Assembly (NCBI RefSeq): GCF_001194135.2
Contig: NC_068990.1
Location: 30,559,668 to 30,623,667, forward strand
Origin: Octopus bimaculoides
Lineage: Eukaryota
Length of the DNA: 64,000 nt
Direction: 5' to 3'
Shown here: in pieces, positions 37,541 to 51,850 of the stretch
Layout of the letters: each line of letters opens with the position of its first letter
Numbering within the stretch: position 1 is the first letter of the stretch
The notes under the pieces: generated by a model
Told to the model about the DNA's origin: nothing
Database searches by the model: none
Seen by the model: the letters and a program-made list of their open reading frames with translations, nothing else
Made by a program: the position numbers and the translations under genes

Positions 37541-40500
37541 CCGATACGTTTTGTGTAACAAATATTTGTTCCAGTACAGCCGAGCATTACCTGGCAGAAA
37601 CTATTTGATACAGGTGTAGTAAGAGCAGCTTCTCATTGTTCTGGCTCTTGACTTTAATATCGGGAGGGACAAAAACAAGAAAAAAAGAAAGCATCCTTAA
37701 AGCCCTTAAGCATTTATCATGGAGTCCCTAGAGACTTCACAAAACTAAAAAGTTACTAAATATTGTTGTTATATTTCACCAATCACTCTGATTTCTATCT
37801 TGTTGTCTCCACTAGAGTTGAATTTCTAATATCAGTTTCAAATTTTGGCATCAAGGCCAGCAGTTTTGGGGAAGGGGATAAGTCAATTACATGGACCCCG
37901 AAAGGATGGAAAGTAAAGTGAACCCCAACTGCATTTGAACTCAGAACACAAAGACAGACAAAATACCGGGAAGCATTTTGCTCGGCCTACTAATGATTCT
38001 GGTAGCTCATCACCTGAAATTCAGTTACTAATATTGATCAGCCTTCAATAATCAATGAACTTTAAATCTATTGTGCTTTTATAATGTTACTGCTCAATCT
38101 TCAAACAGTTGTAGCGCTAATAAAGCTGGCAAGAGACAATAACAACACAATACATAAAACAACAAACAAATCAACTGTAAAGTTTACAACAAAATAGATT
38201 TTCATACACAATTATCTCCTTACATAGTTTACCTTCCAATATAATTAATTCCTTACATAGTTTACCTCTTAAAATTAATCACCTTCCAATATAATTAATT
38301 CCTTACATAATTACCATTACACCAACAAATGGAAACTACAGATGAACCTAAATCTGTCCCTTTAATGGCCCCCAAAAACTTGTGCTATATGTTCGGGATT
38401 CCTTCTTCAAGATTCGGTTTTAAACATGAAAATACACTTCGTGATATTAAACATTCCTTTTTATTTCTTATACTGTTACGATGCTAATATATAAACGCCA
38501 AAATGCAAATGAGCTGATTTCTCTTATAAACAAAGCTGTAACCATTGCCTCTATAGCTTGTGATCTCTTGGAATAACAGTAGCAGAATCAAGCAAAGGCA
38601 CCACACTTGCTTCGTCCCCGGTGCCAGTTTATCAACAATTTGGAAAATATTCTCACAAATCATTCCATACACACTTCAATATAATTTTCTACATTTATGC
38701 ACAATTCTGTAGCACACCTGAGCACTGGAGACAAAAAAATATCATCATCACCACCATTATTCTTTTCTACTCTAGGCACAAGGCCTGAAATTTTTGTGGG
38801 GAGGGGCTAGGCAATTAGATCGACCCCAGTGCGCAACTGGTACTTAATTGATCAAACCCAAAAGGATGAAAGGCAAAGTCAACTTCAGCAGAATTTGAAC
38901 TCAGAACATAGCAACAGGTGAAATAGTGCTAAACATTTCGCCCAGCGAGCTAACGTTTCTGCCAGTTCAACGCCTTATCACCACCATTATTATTATTATG
39001 ATTATTATTAGGTTGATGTTAATAATTTGTTCATATCTTCATAATCATGATTGGAGATTATTACTTTGTCGTCGCATATATTTACAAGCTAAAACTCATC
39101 TGGCTGTTCGTGTTCATGTGAATATATGTATGTGTGGAGTTAGAGTGTGATGCAACAATAACATAATGAATGACTAAAATATTAAATCATTAAGGAGGGG
39201 GGCAGTGTAGTTTGTTTCAAACTACACTCCCCCCTCCTTACAAACACATTCAAATTGGCAAGAATTTAATAAGAAAACAAATTCATTTATAAATGTATTT
39301 TGTATTTACACAAGTTTACAGGGTAGGATAAGGGTATATTTTATTGAACAACCTTAAGGTAGTTCCATATTTAAGGACAAATAATTGCAAATAGCCTGAT
39401 GGTTACTTAACATTATTCTAAAACAAACACTGTCATACAGTCATACATGCAAACATACAAAGTTAGATGTTATACTCTCACATATCCCAACTCTGCAACA
39501 CACCACACCATCCTACCCTAGATCTTCTTCCGCTATAGGGTTCATTACATCCAAGACACACTATAACGCCCCGACCCCACCCCACCCACTCAAATACCAT
39601 AATAAATTTTACTCTATGTCCATACTACAAGATATCTGCCTACCTTTCCTTGTACTACCTATCTTTAAAATTTGAGCTAAGAACTGTTAAGGTCATCTCA
39701 TCCCATTCATCTCCCAGTTTGTCACTTCCAGATTCCTTACCAAAGACATTCTATATTTAAAGAACTCCACAAGTTGTTGCCCCATATTTGGTTTCACTAT
39801 GAAAATGGCAATTTTTTTTTAAAAAAAGAGTGAGTGTAGTTGATTGGTGCAACATTGGTATTGTTACTCATCGTTTCTGGAGGGAACAGAAAAACAAAGC
39901 TCCTTTTTAATGGATTTGAACAAATTTTAAATGACACATGCCTGCCTCTAAGTATGAAAGAGAACAAAACAAATGATAGACTGACTCCTCAAGTTGGAGA
40001 TGATGAAAATATTCAAGGACAGGTTCATCTCTGTATGAAAAGACAACCAAAGCTGTTCCAGTAAAAGTTCTACCATATATTTCCATTTGTAAATTGTAGG
40101 AGAGCATGCCTCAAAATGAACACAACAGCAATGAAAGAAGATAAAGTTCAACTGATATTAAGTCACACATTACTTTCCTACATTAACAGGTAGTAAAGGT
40201 GAGTTCATTAAACAGAAAAGTGGGAATAGTGTTGGTTTTATCTGTCTGAAGATGTCTCCTTGAAACTATTAGGTCGAGTGGGGGTAGGATAGGATCAAAT
40301 TCATGTGATAGAATGAAAACTACAGGCAGGGGCCCAGGTGCAAGAACCATTCCTATTATTACTTGATGTAGGGTTGTGAGATATGTAGACATACTGGGAA
40401 TTCTCATTAAGTTACCACAGCCAAATAGTTGTGAGGTTAGTGCTGGGAAACAGTGCAAGACCAATGGTAATGGAAATATTTAAAAAAAACAAAAAAACAG

Positions 40501-42373
40501 GTTGTCAAATTTTTGCCTTGGTTTTTACACATTCAAAGTAGACATCAATTCAAGCAGACAAAAGCCTATGTGTGTGTGTGTGTGTAATCACAGTCACACA
40601 TACATGCATGTTTTGGGATAGTTGCAAAGCTAATAGAATGTACCAAGTGCACACACCCAAAGCGTGAAGAAAAATTTTTTTTTATGAAACAAGAATAGAA
40701 TAAAAATATTGAAGAGATGAAGATTATAGTTGTTGATGATGATAGGAAAGAAAAATTTGCAGAATAATAGAGTGAGAGCTACAAAAAAGAAGAAAAGGAT
40801 TAAGACATGTTTGAAATGTGTTGTGTTAAAGAAAATGTGCTGCAAATAAAGGAATAAGTTGATGGGGAAAGAAAAGGTTGTACGAGAAGAATCCATCAAA
40901 GAAGCCTGGGAAATATTTCCAGGGAAAGAAGTGAACTGACTGAACAATAGAGAGAAATAATAAAAGAGGAGAAATAAAATATTTAAACTAAGGAAGATTT
41001 TAAAAAGATTTTATTTCAAATTTCAGTAAAATAACCAAACTAATCGTTCAGCAATGTGTGTGTGTGTGTACTCTCTCACCAATATTTACAAATAAGTGTT
41101 CCACTTGGAGTTGCAACTACCTAGTCACTGATTTAGTGCTTGTAGTTGAGTATTCCAACAAACACTGGTAGCCTCAATAATATAACCCCCAGCTCCCAAG
41201 CAAATGCAGAGTGACAAGGATGGACCCTTAAATTTACATGTGCAGCCCATCCCCCCAGTTAGCAATTATCCAGTTCCACTGACAAGGTTTTGGTAGAAAA
41301 ACACTTGTTCACAGTGACATGCAGTGAGATGGAACCTGAAACAAATAGAACCAACACACAACCATTCGTGCAAGAAACATCCACACACACACACTCACAC
41401 ATAACGTAAAGGAATAGGGATTTGGAATCTGGACAGGAACCCTGTTAGTACTCTGATACAATCCAGACCTGACCAACCACATTGACTGACAGGAAATATA
41501 TAGAATTGTTCACGATAAACAATTACACAACTATACGCTAGATCAAAGGACGACATTAGGACACTTATGCAGGAGAAACACGTGTCGGATTGGAATTTCA
41601 TGAAAATAATACTGTAATAACCAAGTTTTTCAAATGTATAACTCTCCATTTTCCTTTTATGATGGCCTGTGTGTATACACACACACACATTTGTTGTGAG
41701 GGACAGAAGCAGTTTTAGCTCAAAACAGTAGTCTGTGTTTTATATCAAAAGCAACTCTGTTTGTACATGGTTGGCAGAGAATATTTGTTACTGACTGAGC
41801 TCAGACAGAAACAGACATATTTAGCAACGTCACCACCACCGTTGCTGCTGTTGGACAAGTGTTGTCTGCTACTGATAGATTTCTGTGATTTTTTAACACT
41901 GTATGTCTATAAGAGATGCTTTCGCAAGACAAATACCACAGTTTATCAGGCTTTCAACAATCGACCTGCATTAAGTATGACACACAGATTGAGATTTATA
42001 ATGGATCTTTTATCTTTTCTTTGTTTTAGTCATTAGACTGTGGCCATGCTGGGGCACCACCTCAAATTTAAGTTGAATGAATTAACCCCAGTACTTAAAT
42101 TTTTAAAACCTGATATTTATTCTATTGGTCTCTTTTGCCAAACTGCTAAGTTATGGGGATGTAAACACACAAACACTGGTTGTCAAGAGGTGGTGGAGGA
42201 CAAACACACACAAATCAGGCTTCTTTCAGTTTCTGTCTACCAAATCGACTCACAAGATCCAAGGCTATAGAAGAAAACACCTGCCCAGGATGTCATGCTG
42301 TGGGACTGAACCCAGAACCATGTAGTTGGGAAGCAAACTTCTTACCATGCCTGTGCCTGTATATGTGTGTATA

Positions 42374-42590
42374 CAGGTTGTTCAAAAAGTCTCTCCGCAG
42401 TAAGTATTTTATAGCCAAATAAATATTTATAAGATGGTATAAAGACTACAAAAGAATATATTAGACTTTACAAGACTTTAAAACAACTTTATAAGAAGTG
42501 TTGAAAGTGTTGTCCTTCATTTTCAATACATAAGTTGAATCTTATAAAAAATTTTTTAAATCACTGCAGAGAGACTTTTTGAACACCCTA
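42374..42590. mobile_element. Tc1/mariner-type MITE, 217 bp
   Basis: TA on both flanks; 28-bp TIRs CAGGTTGTTCAAAAAGTCTCTCCGCAGT and its near-reverse-complement ACTGCAGAGAGACTTTTTGAACACCCTA. Confidence 0.8.
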
Positions 42591-43069
42591 TATATATATA
42601 TATGATGTATATGCCTTCATTATATTAGTATGTACATGGGGTTATTTGCACACATACACACACTTACGTATTACTATCATTGTCATCCTCACCATTTGTT
42701 TAATCTTTCACCTTTCAAACATGTTTATAGGGTTCAACATCCTAAGATCTGACCTTACCACTTCCTTCCACATTTTCACACACACACACACACACACACA
42801 AAGAGGAAATACAAATTACGCATAGATGATTGGCTTTCGCAAAGATAAAACATCGAAGGAAATGGATTTAGCGAAAGCTAAAAAAAATGGATAGGTTTCC
42901 ATCAAGTAAAGATTATAAACGAAGAAAAAATATTAAGAAAAATTATTTCTCACCTGCCATTGCACAATTGGAGTAAAAAATAGACTCTTCTGTCTGTTCC
43001 CATCAATTAAAGAGAAATAATAATAATTATAACAATATTAATAATAGTAATAATAATAATGATAATAAT

Positions 43070-43708
43070 AATAGTTTCAAATTTTGGCACAAGGCCAGCA
43101 ATTTCGGGGGTAGGGGGTAAGTTGATTACATCAACCCCAGTGCTCAACTGGTACTTATTTTATTGACTCCGAAAGGATGTAAGGCAAAGTCAACCTTGGC
43201 GGCATTTGAACATAAAGACGAACAAAATGCCACTGAGCATCTTGCCTGGTGTGCTAACCATTCTGCCAGCTTTTGCTGTCTCCTTAATAATCCTTTCTAT
43301 TATAGGCACAAGGCCTGCAATTTTGGAGGAGGGTGATAGTCAATTACATTGACCCCAGTACTCAACAGATACTTGTTTTATCAAACTCCTTGAAAGAATG
43401 AAAGGCAAAGTTGACCTTGGCTGAATTTGAACTCAGAACATGCAGACAAAATGCTGCTAAGAATTTATCCCAGCATGCTAACAATTCTAATAATAATAAT
43501 CTTTTCTACTCTAGGCNNNNNNNNNNNNNNNNNNNNNNNNNNNNNNNNNNNNNNNNNNNNNNNNNNNNNNNNNNNNNNNNNNNNNNNNNNNNCCCCGAAA
43601 GGATGAAAGGCAAAGTTTACCTTGACGGAATTTGAACTCAGAACGTAAAGACAGACAAAATACTAAGCATTTCGCCTGGCATGCTAACAATTCTGCCAGC
43701 TTGCAGCC

Positions 43709-43759
<51 letters not shown>

Positions 43760-43950
43760 GTTTGAAATTTTGATGCAAAGCCAGCAATTTTAGAAGGGAA
43801 AGATTCAATTATATCGACTCCATTACTCAGCTGGTGCTTATTTTACTGACAACCCCAAAAGGACAAAAAGCAAACCAACCTTTGGTGGGATTTGAACCTA
43901 GCACATAAAAAGCTGGAAGAAATGCTGCTAAGCATTTATTCCAGCTTGCC
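43070..43950 (-). mobile_element. Head-to-tail array of 4-5 SINE family B copies
   Basis: Same unit and orientation, with an N-gap inside. Other clusters: 9235-10020(+), 27525-27740(+), 28788-28997(+), 34845-35265(-), 38755-38980(-) and 49805-50010(-). Confidence 0.75.
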
Positions 43951-46900
43951 TCTTTAATAATAACAATAATTATTCTTTTTTAACAGAGGCACAAAGGCCA
44001 CAATAATTATAGATGACCAGAAAACTAAGGACAAATCACTGTCGTTTGAGATGACTTGGAGAAAAAAAAAATTCATCTCAAGTATTTTTTTTATTCAATC
44101 ATTCATGTTAAATACCATCCTTGTTATTGAATTGGACATTAAAACAGAGGTGTGTATAATGGTCTGTGTGTATAATGGTCTGTGTGTATGTGTGTGTGTG
44201 CACATGTGTGGTTTCTAAGCATTTGTTTTGTAATGAAGCTGTTTGGTTTACTTTAACATATGAGTTTATATTAAAAAAGTAGAAAGTATAGGATGAGCAA
44301 GAGTAGAATATATACATACATATCATCTTCATCATTTAACGTCTGTTTTTCCATGCTGGCATGGGTTGGACAGGAGTTGGTAAGGCCAAGAACCACACCA
44401 GGCTCCATTTGTCTGTTTTGGTATGGTTTCTATGGCTGGATACCCTTCCTAACACCAACCACTTTACACAGTGTGCCAGGTGCTTTCTATGTGGCCCCTG
44501 CACCAGTGCCTTTTATGTGGCATCAGCACCGACTGGGTTACCAAGTAACTTTTAAGACATAGTCCCCCTCAGCTGGGAGGAGTGAGTAGTAGTGAGGGGG
44601 TAGTGGCTCTGTGCCAGTTGATAAGAGACTAAAGGGACAGAGATAGGTGTCCTGCTAGAGACACCTACTTCAGTTGAAAAAGGAGGGCAAGTTAGAGTGT
44701 AACGAAAAGAGAGAGAACAATACTGTCATTTGAAGAATATAAAAAGCATTAAAAATATAAATATATGGAGTGGAGAATAAATGTAAAGAGAAGCAACAAA
44801 TAGTTGTTTAGGGGTTAGATAGACTGGAGGGTCACTTTTGGGTTAGTTAAACCTACCCTCTTCCTGTCAATCTTTTTAGTGTTATTGTTAGTAATTTTGT
44901 ATAATTGGAAACCAAAGTCCTCAAATGTCAAACATGAAAATTAGAAAACCTAACTCTCAGTCTGCCATTCCATATAACCATGTGAACTAATGATGATTTA
45001 ATGTCACAGATATGAAAGAATTATGGGAATAAGTTTTTTGAGAAAAATTCCTTGCCCAAACTAGAAAGTGATGACTAAAATACCAACTGTTGTTATATAC
45101 AAGTTTTCATTGCATTGACCATCACCCAACAATAGAAATAGTTGACATTTTATACAAACAACTCAAGGCTTTCATCACTACTTCACCAATATTTTAGACA
45201 ACATTATCAATATTTCCTTTTATGCTAGGTTCCATGTCAGTCTTTAATCTATTTCTCTACTCCAAGGTCTTCGACAGAAAATCCAACCTCAGCTCAAAGT
45301 GTTAACCCATCATTTTGTTATCTTCTTTATACATTTTTGAACAAATTTGATGTGATTGGCAATAGCTTGGAAAGATTAAAACTTATTAAGTAAATTCATT
45401 TGTGAAGATGAAGTCTTTAGTCGTGCTAAAACAAGTAAATAGCCGACAAGACAAGGTAGTTTTATACAATCTTATAAGCTACAGTTCTCAAAAAGATTCT
45501 CTAATTATCTCTGACCTGAACTTTCCTATTCAGCTGCGTTACACACCCACACTCATAGGAAAAAGTATCAGAAATGCAAGATGCATTTTATATCATTTGT
45601 TCCCTATGTACACTTTGCCATTGTGCTTATTTGCATTCATTGCAGTGGATGTTCCAACTACACACAAACACACATCGCAGCTATAAGCATTCTGTCACTC
45701 ATTTTTGTTACTCTGTAGATTAAAAGTTTAGGACCTGTCATATGATGGTGATCCCAAGTTTACACAACGTATAACTTATCTACTTTTGATATTTAATTTA
45801 TATTAACTTCTGCAGAATTTCTCTATTTTTGACTAAAGGTCACAATTGCTGATCGTACAAGGCTGGCCAAAATCTACAGAAACGTCTCTATTTTGTTCAT
45901 TGTTGTTGTTGTTGTTTTTCACATTCTTCTAATTATAAACAATGGCTTTGACATATATTATGTCATCATTATCAAATCAATTAGCTTCATTCTATAACAG
46001 AATCCATCAAGGTTTAATTATAATTAGAGCCCTAAAGGAGATATAAGTTATCTCCTAAAGGAGATAAAAGAAATGAGTCTGCCACCCTTCCCCCACTCGA
46101 CCCAAACAAATAAGTGACCACAATGCCAGCAATGACTGCAGACCAATAGGAAACCATAGGTGAGCATCAATGGTGTACTTCTTCTTTATATTAAGGAGAC
46201 AAATAGAAAGAAGATGTTACTGTCTGGAGATTCATCTTCAGACCAATATCTTCTACCTTCTGTTTTTTGCTTGTTTCAGCATTTAGACTTTGGCCATGCT
46301 GGGGCACCATCTTGAAGAATTTTTGGTCAAATGAATAGACCCAAATACTTATTTTTTTAAACTGATACTATTCTATCAATCTCTTTTGCCAAACCACTAA
46401 GTTCCAAGGATTAAACACATTGACACCAGTTGTCAAACAATGATGAGAAACAGACACAAAGACACACACACAAGCACATATATGATGGACTTCTTTCAGT
46501 TTCCATCAACCAAATCCACTCACAAGGCTTAGCTCAGCTCAAGGCTGTAGTAGAAGACATTTGTCCAAGGTGCCACACAGTGGGACTGAACCTAGAACCA
46601 TGTGGTTAAGAAGTAAACCTCTTAGCACATAGGCATGCCTACAAAACCTCTTCAAAATCATTTTTTGTCGTACAAAATCAGTGCATGGGACTGGGTTTTG
46701 GGGAGATTGCTTCTTTTTTCTTCTTTTTTGTAAATTCTTCAAAAATACAAATTTGGTGAGCAGAAAAATACAATTGGAGAAAAGAAGTGAGATTATATTA
46801 ACTTTTGATTTTAAAAACTCGACACAGGTCTAATGATATTTGTGGAGGAGGAGGGGGGTAGAGAGGACTGAATTACTCTCAGTGTATTACAGGTACTTAT

Positions 46901-48027
46901 TTATCATCTGTGGAGGAATAAAAGGTCAAGTTGACCCAGGCAGGATTTCATCTGAGAACATAGGGAGATGAAACAGAAGTAAAGGGGTTAAAATATCATT
47001 TATGCAAACTCAAATCACAAGAGATTTGGCCCTTTAGCATCCAAATTGTTCTGTTAAATGCATTATCTTGTAGCTTTGATAAGATTATTCATTTTACAAT
47101 GACATTGTAGGGTAGGTGTGAGAGATCAGATCTGGTCACTTTAAAACATAAAACAGGGAGAATATTTAGGCATGATATGGCCGGTTTAAATGCTAAACAA
47201 GTGGACAATATTGAAATTATTAAAGGTATGAAGATGCAATTTGTTGTTGAGGCTCATCATTGATTTGTTCCAAGTTAAGGTGGACACATTCTTTCGTTAG
47301 TTTTGGCTGATGGTTGGCAGGATGTTTGAATTGTATCTACCATTAAAAATTCATCAGTTGTCATGGTGATTAAACTATGTTCAATCTGCACAAGCATATT
47401 GTCCAGACACACACACACACACACACATATGTATACAAGTATGGCAATAAGTAAAAGTAGAGAGGGAGGGGAAGAGGAGATAAAGAATGATGGAGGTGAA
47501 AAGAATTTTTCACACTGATAGATAAGGCAAAATCGAAACAAGAGAGAAAACAAGAAATTTGTCCAAAAATGTCACGGACTGAACTTCCATCAACAGAACA
47601 CGGAATATGTTGGTGCACCTCACAATCAAAGTAAATAAAGGTAAATGAAGAGGACAAATAACTAAGAGTGAAAATATATTTTTAACACTGAGAATCAATA
47701 AAAGTCTTTTTTGTTTTTGTTGAGATAAATGCTCTCGTAAGAAGGAGAATCAATGATTGTTTTTGGAGAAGTAAAAACTAAGAACATACGTCACTCAGTT
47801 AATTCTGAGATCTGATAAACACAGACACAATAGTTGACCAGTTTATTCATATAATGAAACACTATAAAAGATAAATACTTGTTGGTACCAGCTATCATGA
47901 TACTGTTATCACTGTTCACAATGTTGGCAGTTGGAATGAGATTTTTTTCAACAGGTGAGAGAACTTCCACAGCTATAGAACTGAGAATACAAACTATCAT
48001 CAGGTGTTTAATTAAGAACATTAACTA

Positions 48028-48190
48028 GATGAAGAAGAAAGATCACCTCAAGATGTAGAGCAAAGATCAGCACAGGATGTATAATAGGGAACACTGGTAG
48101 ATGTAGAAGGGAGAGATCAGAGATCACTGACAGATGTAGAAGAGAGAACATCACCAGACATAGAACAGAGATCACTGCCAGATGTAGATC
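48028..48190 (+). repeat. 24-bp minisatellite (consensus GATGTAGAACAGAGATCACTGCCA)
   Basis: About 6.5 units, translating to D-V-E-Q-R-S-L-P variants. Confidence 0.75.
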
Positions 48191-48219
48191 AATATAGCAT
48201 GAAACGTGTGTATAGATAG

Positions 48220-48250
<31 letters not shown>

Positions 48251-49399
48251 ATTAGATACAGATATAAATATATTCAGAGATGAGTTGACTCCAAGACATC
48301 TCTCAGAAAAAAAATCATTAATATTAGATTTAGCCTGGATCAGCTCATCAGAAATGAATATGGTTATCCCCCTAACCCCACCCCAGTAATGTTCAAGAAA
48401 TAAATCAGACAGCCTCAAACAACACTACACACATATATTCCTCTTGAGATGGTTCTATATGTTAGCAGTGATACCAAACACTAACCAACATTAGATCATT
48501 CAGCTTAAATTAATTAGTTTTTAAAGACCCACAGATCTTGGTCAACAACAGCATCATCTGTTGAGATTGATCTTTATATCCTGCCTTCTCAATCAGATGA
48601 AAAGGGTCACAAGAGATCAAACACTCTGTCGCAAATGTTCAAAGCCAAATATGAAGGAAAGTTTGACTAAAATTATTTCACTGTTGGAAACATGGATTGG
48701 TTTATCTGAAGATAAACTTGAGATCTGTGCCAGAAACCCCAAGCCAGCTGCACTAACACTAAGCATCTATATTTGTTACAAGTCATAAAATTAACTGGTA
48801 AATTTTCCAATATACAGGGAGCAATGGGGGTACTTTAAGCAGGATTTAAAAGTAAAAAAGTGAAACACCCTGAGTCCAAGACATAGAGTTTGGATTGTGG
48901 ACGGAAGATTCAGTTATTGTGATGACTACAAAAAAACTACTAGTTTTTGGCAAGGGTTTCTGAAAAAGAACACTTAAGAATCAGCGCTAAGTGGTTTGAT
49001 GGCAAGATAGGAAACACTGGCACAAAGAAGGGTGAGAGAACAGGGGTCTTTCACTTCTGTTGAGTGAAGCAAAGACTAAGAATTATAACACCTGGCCTAA
49101 AGATTCAGGCCCACAGGTTGCGGTATTTGGTGAAGAATGGTCAGAACATGAGGTCTTATTGTTCTAGGTTGGGAGGTGGCTTACATGAAAAGAAAATATT
49201 CATTAATTAGAAATAAGATCAATATTTGTAAGGAAAAAGAACAGTTGAATAAATCAACCTCAGCATATTAGTGATAAGATTAGAACGAAGAGTGGTTATT
49301 GAAATAGGGAGCAGTTGTATTGGCAATTAAAGTGAGATGAATCTAAAATACCATTTAGTTTCATGCTCTGCTAATTCAGTTATTTCCATCATTCCCACA

Positions 49400-49714
49400 A
49401 GGTGGCACGTGAAAAAACATTCGAGCGAGGTCGTTGCCAGTGCCACTGGACTGGCTCCTGTGCAGGTGGCACGTAAAGAAACACCATTTCGAGCGTGGCC
49501 ATTGCCAGTACCACCTGACTGGCCCCCGTGCCGGTGGCACGTAAAAGCACCCACTACACTCTCGGAGAGGTTGACGTTAGGAAGGACATCCAGCTGTAGA
49601 AACTCTGCCAGATCAGATTGGAGCCTGGTGCAGCCACCTGGTCCACCAGTCCTCAGTCAAATTGTCCAACCCATGCTAGCATGGAAAGCGAACATTAAAC
49701 GATGATGATGATGA
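49400..49714 (+). mobile_element. Well-preserved RTE 3' UTR copy
   Basis: CpG-rich, with three gtggcacgt units and a (GAT)n tail. Confidence 0.75.
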
Positions 49715-51045
49715 AACAACTAACATGCTATGAGAGATTTTAAATGAAACTATAGTGAGTTTATAATCTTTTCTAGTTAAAGCGCTGAACAAATTACAAT
49801 TGCTCCAAAGTTTGGTACAAGGCCAGCAATTTCAAGGGAGGGGGTTAGTCAATTACATTGACCCCAGTATTTAACAGGTACTTATTCTATCAACCTCGAA
49901 AGGATGATAGGCAAAGTCAACCATGGCAGAATTTGAACTTAGAATGTAAAGATGGACAAAATGCCACCAAACATTGAGCTCGGTGTGTTAACAATTCTGC
50001 CATCACACCATTTTGATAATAAATGTCATAATAATGATAATTAATATTTCATAGAAAACTCAATTAAGCTACTTACAGAAGCAAATTCATTTCAAAATAT
50101 TCATTAATTAAAGAACAAAGAAAAAAGAATAAGAAAATAGAAAAAAAATGCTTGGAAAAATGCAAAGATTCTAATTCTCAGCCACGAGAAAATATCACCA
50201 AATATTGTCCCTTTTAAAATGCATTTTATATTTTGAGAAATTCAAGTTCACATAATCACTACTCTCAAGTTATTGCTTTTGAGGCAGTCTTTAGCTGAAC
50301 CCGTGTGTGTGTGCACACGCGCGTGCATATAAATTCGCTGGAGCTATAGTGGTGTGTGAAATGATTTTCTAAATAAAAAGTGACTTACAAACCAAATATT
50401 GCTGGCTTTCGATGAATGGAAAAGTTGTTCGTTTTACTCTAAATCTCTTCAAATTCTTCATATTTAAAAAATTTTAGTGAATCATTTGTTAGAAATAAAA
50501 GTCAAGAACAGTTCCATGATAAACTGTGACACAAAATATAATCCACAAACAAGAACATCTTGCTCCAAGTCAACACTGGTGGAGCAGACATATAATCGAA
50601 AGTATTCCAGATGTGACCATCCTGTTTCGTTTTCTGTTAGAGATAAGATTTGTAGGATTACCGTGTCTAAGTGTTGTTCTCTTTGAAGACAGAACATTGT
50701 GCTGCGAGGGATATTTGCCTCCTTTTTCTTGTAGAGTGAAGAATTACATTGGGTTTTTCGTTGGTTCCTTGAAATACTTTTTTCAAGAATGGATATGTGT
50801 GTACATACATATACATATATATATATATATGAAATGTACAAGAGAAAATAAGTTATGAGAAGCAAATCAATGGCAATACATAGATATGATGCCTGAGATA
50901 TATCCAAGAGAGGAAACTGAGTTGGTGAGATAGTAATACCTTTCCCAATGGTGTAAGGTCTGTAAGCAAAAGAACTCTAAATGGGAAATTGCAACTGGAT
51001 CACAGGCTCAGTTTGCAAGGAGCTTATATGCTCATTGCATTTAAG

Positions 51046-51101
<56 letters not shown>

Positions 51102-51669
51102 CAACAACAATGATGATTTCTGATTGAAGTACAAGGCCAGTAAATTGAAGTGGGGAGGGGTATAGTTGTTGCCATTAACACTAGTATTTGACTGGCCCTT
51201 TATTTTATCAACCTCAATATAATGAAAGGAAAAGTTGACCCTGGCTGGATTTGAACTGAGTGTATAAAGAACTGGAGCGACTTGTACCACCTTTAATAAT
51301 GGGTTCTGATTTAGGGAGGGCTGCTGTTAGTTGATTGCAATGACCTCAGTGTTTGAAGAGAACTTCTTATATTGACTACAGAAGAAATATCACAAGGAAT
51401 CTTTTCCAATACAGTAACGATTCTGCTGAGAACAATAATCGATAATAATAATAATAATAATAATAATAATTTCAAATTTTGGTACAAAGCCAGCAATTTT
51501 GAGGAAAGATTAAGTCAATTTCAATGCCCCCCCCCCCCTGCTCAACCGGTCCTTAGTTTACCAACCCTGAAAGGATGAAAGGCAAAGTCAACCTTGGCAG
51601 CATGTTGATGATGATAATAATAATAATAACTGCTAAGTTTGGTACAAGGTCACAAACTATAGAAGAAGA

Positions 51670-51850
51670 GTACAGTTGTTGTTTAGCCCCAGGTCAGTCT
51701 GGTTTGAGCAGACCTATAATCAAAAGCATTCCAGCCATGATCATCCCATCTTGTTTGCTGATACAGCATATCTAAGACTACATTATCCAATGTGTCATTT
51801 GAGCAAAATTTGGCTGTCATTTCTAACAGGTCAAGCGACCACAGCGCAAT
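51670..51850 (+). repeat. Dispersed repeat family E (gtttagccccaggtc...gacctatgatcaaaagcattccagccatgacc)
   Basis: Similar copies at about 13250-13450, 33420-33590, 33635-33820, 50540-50700, 59040-59170 and 60890-60960; class unresolved. Confidence 0.6.

Noticed and set aside
39840-40464. ORFs of 66-93 aa on both strands
   Set aside because: No recognisable motif, and no convincing paired splice sites in an open frame.
50300-50345. CpG cluster with TATAAA resembling a promoter
   Set aside because: No downstream exon or ORF identified; it could equally be part of a young repeat.
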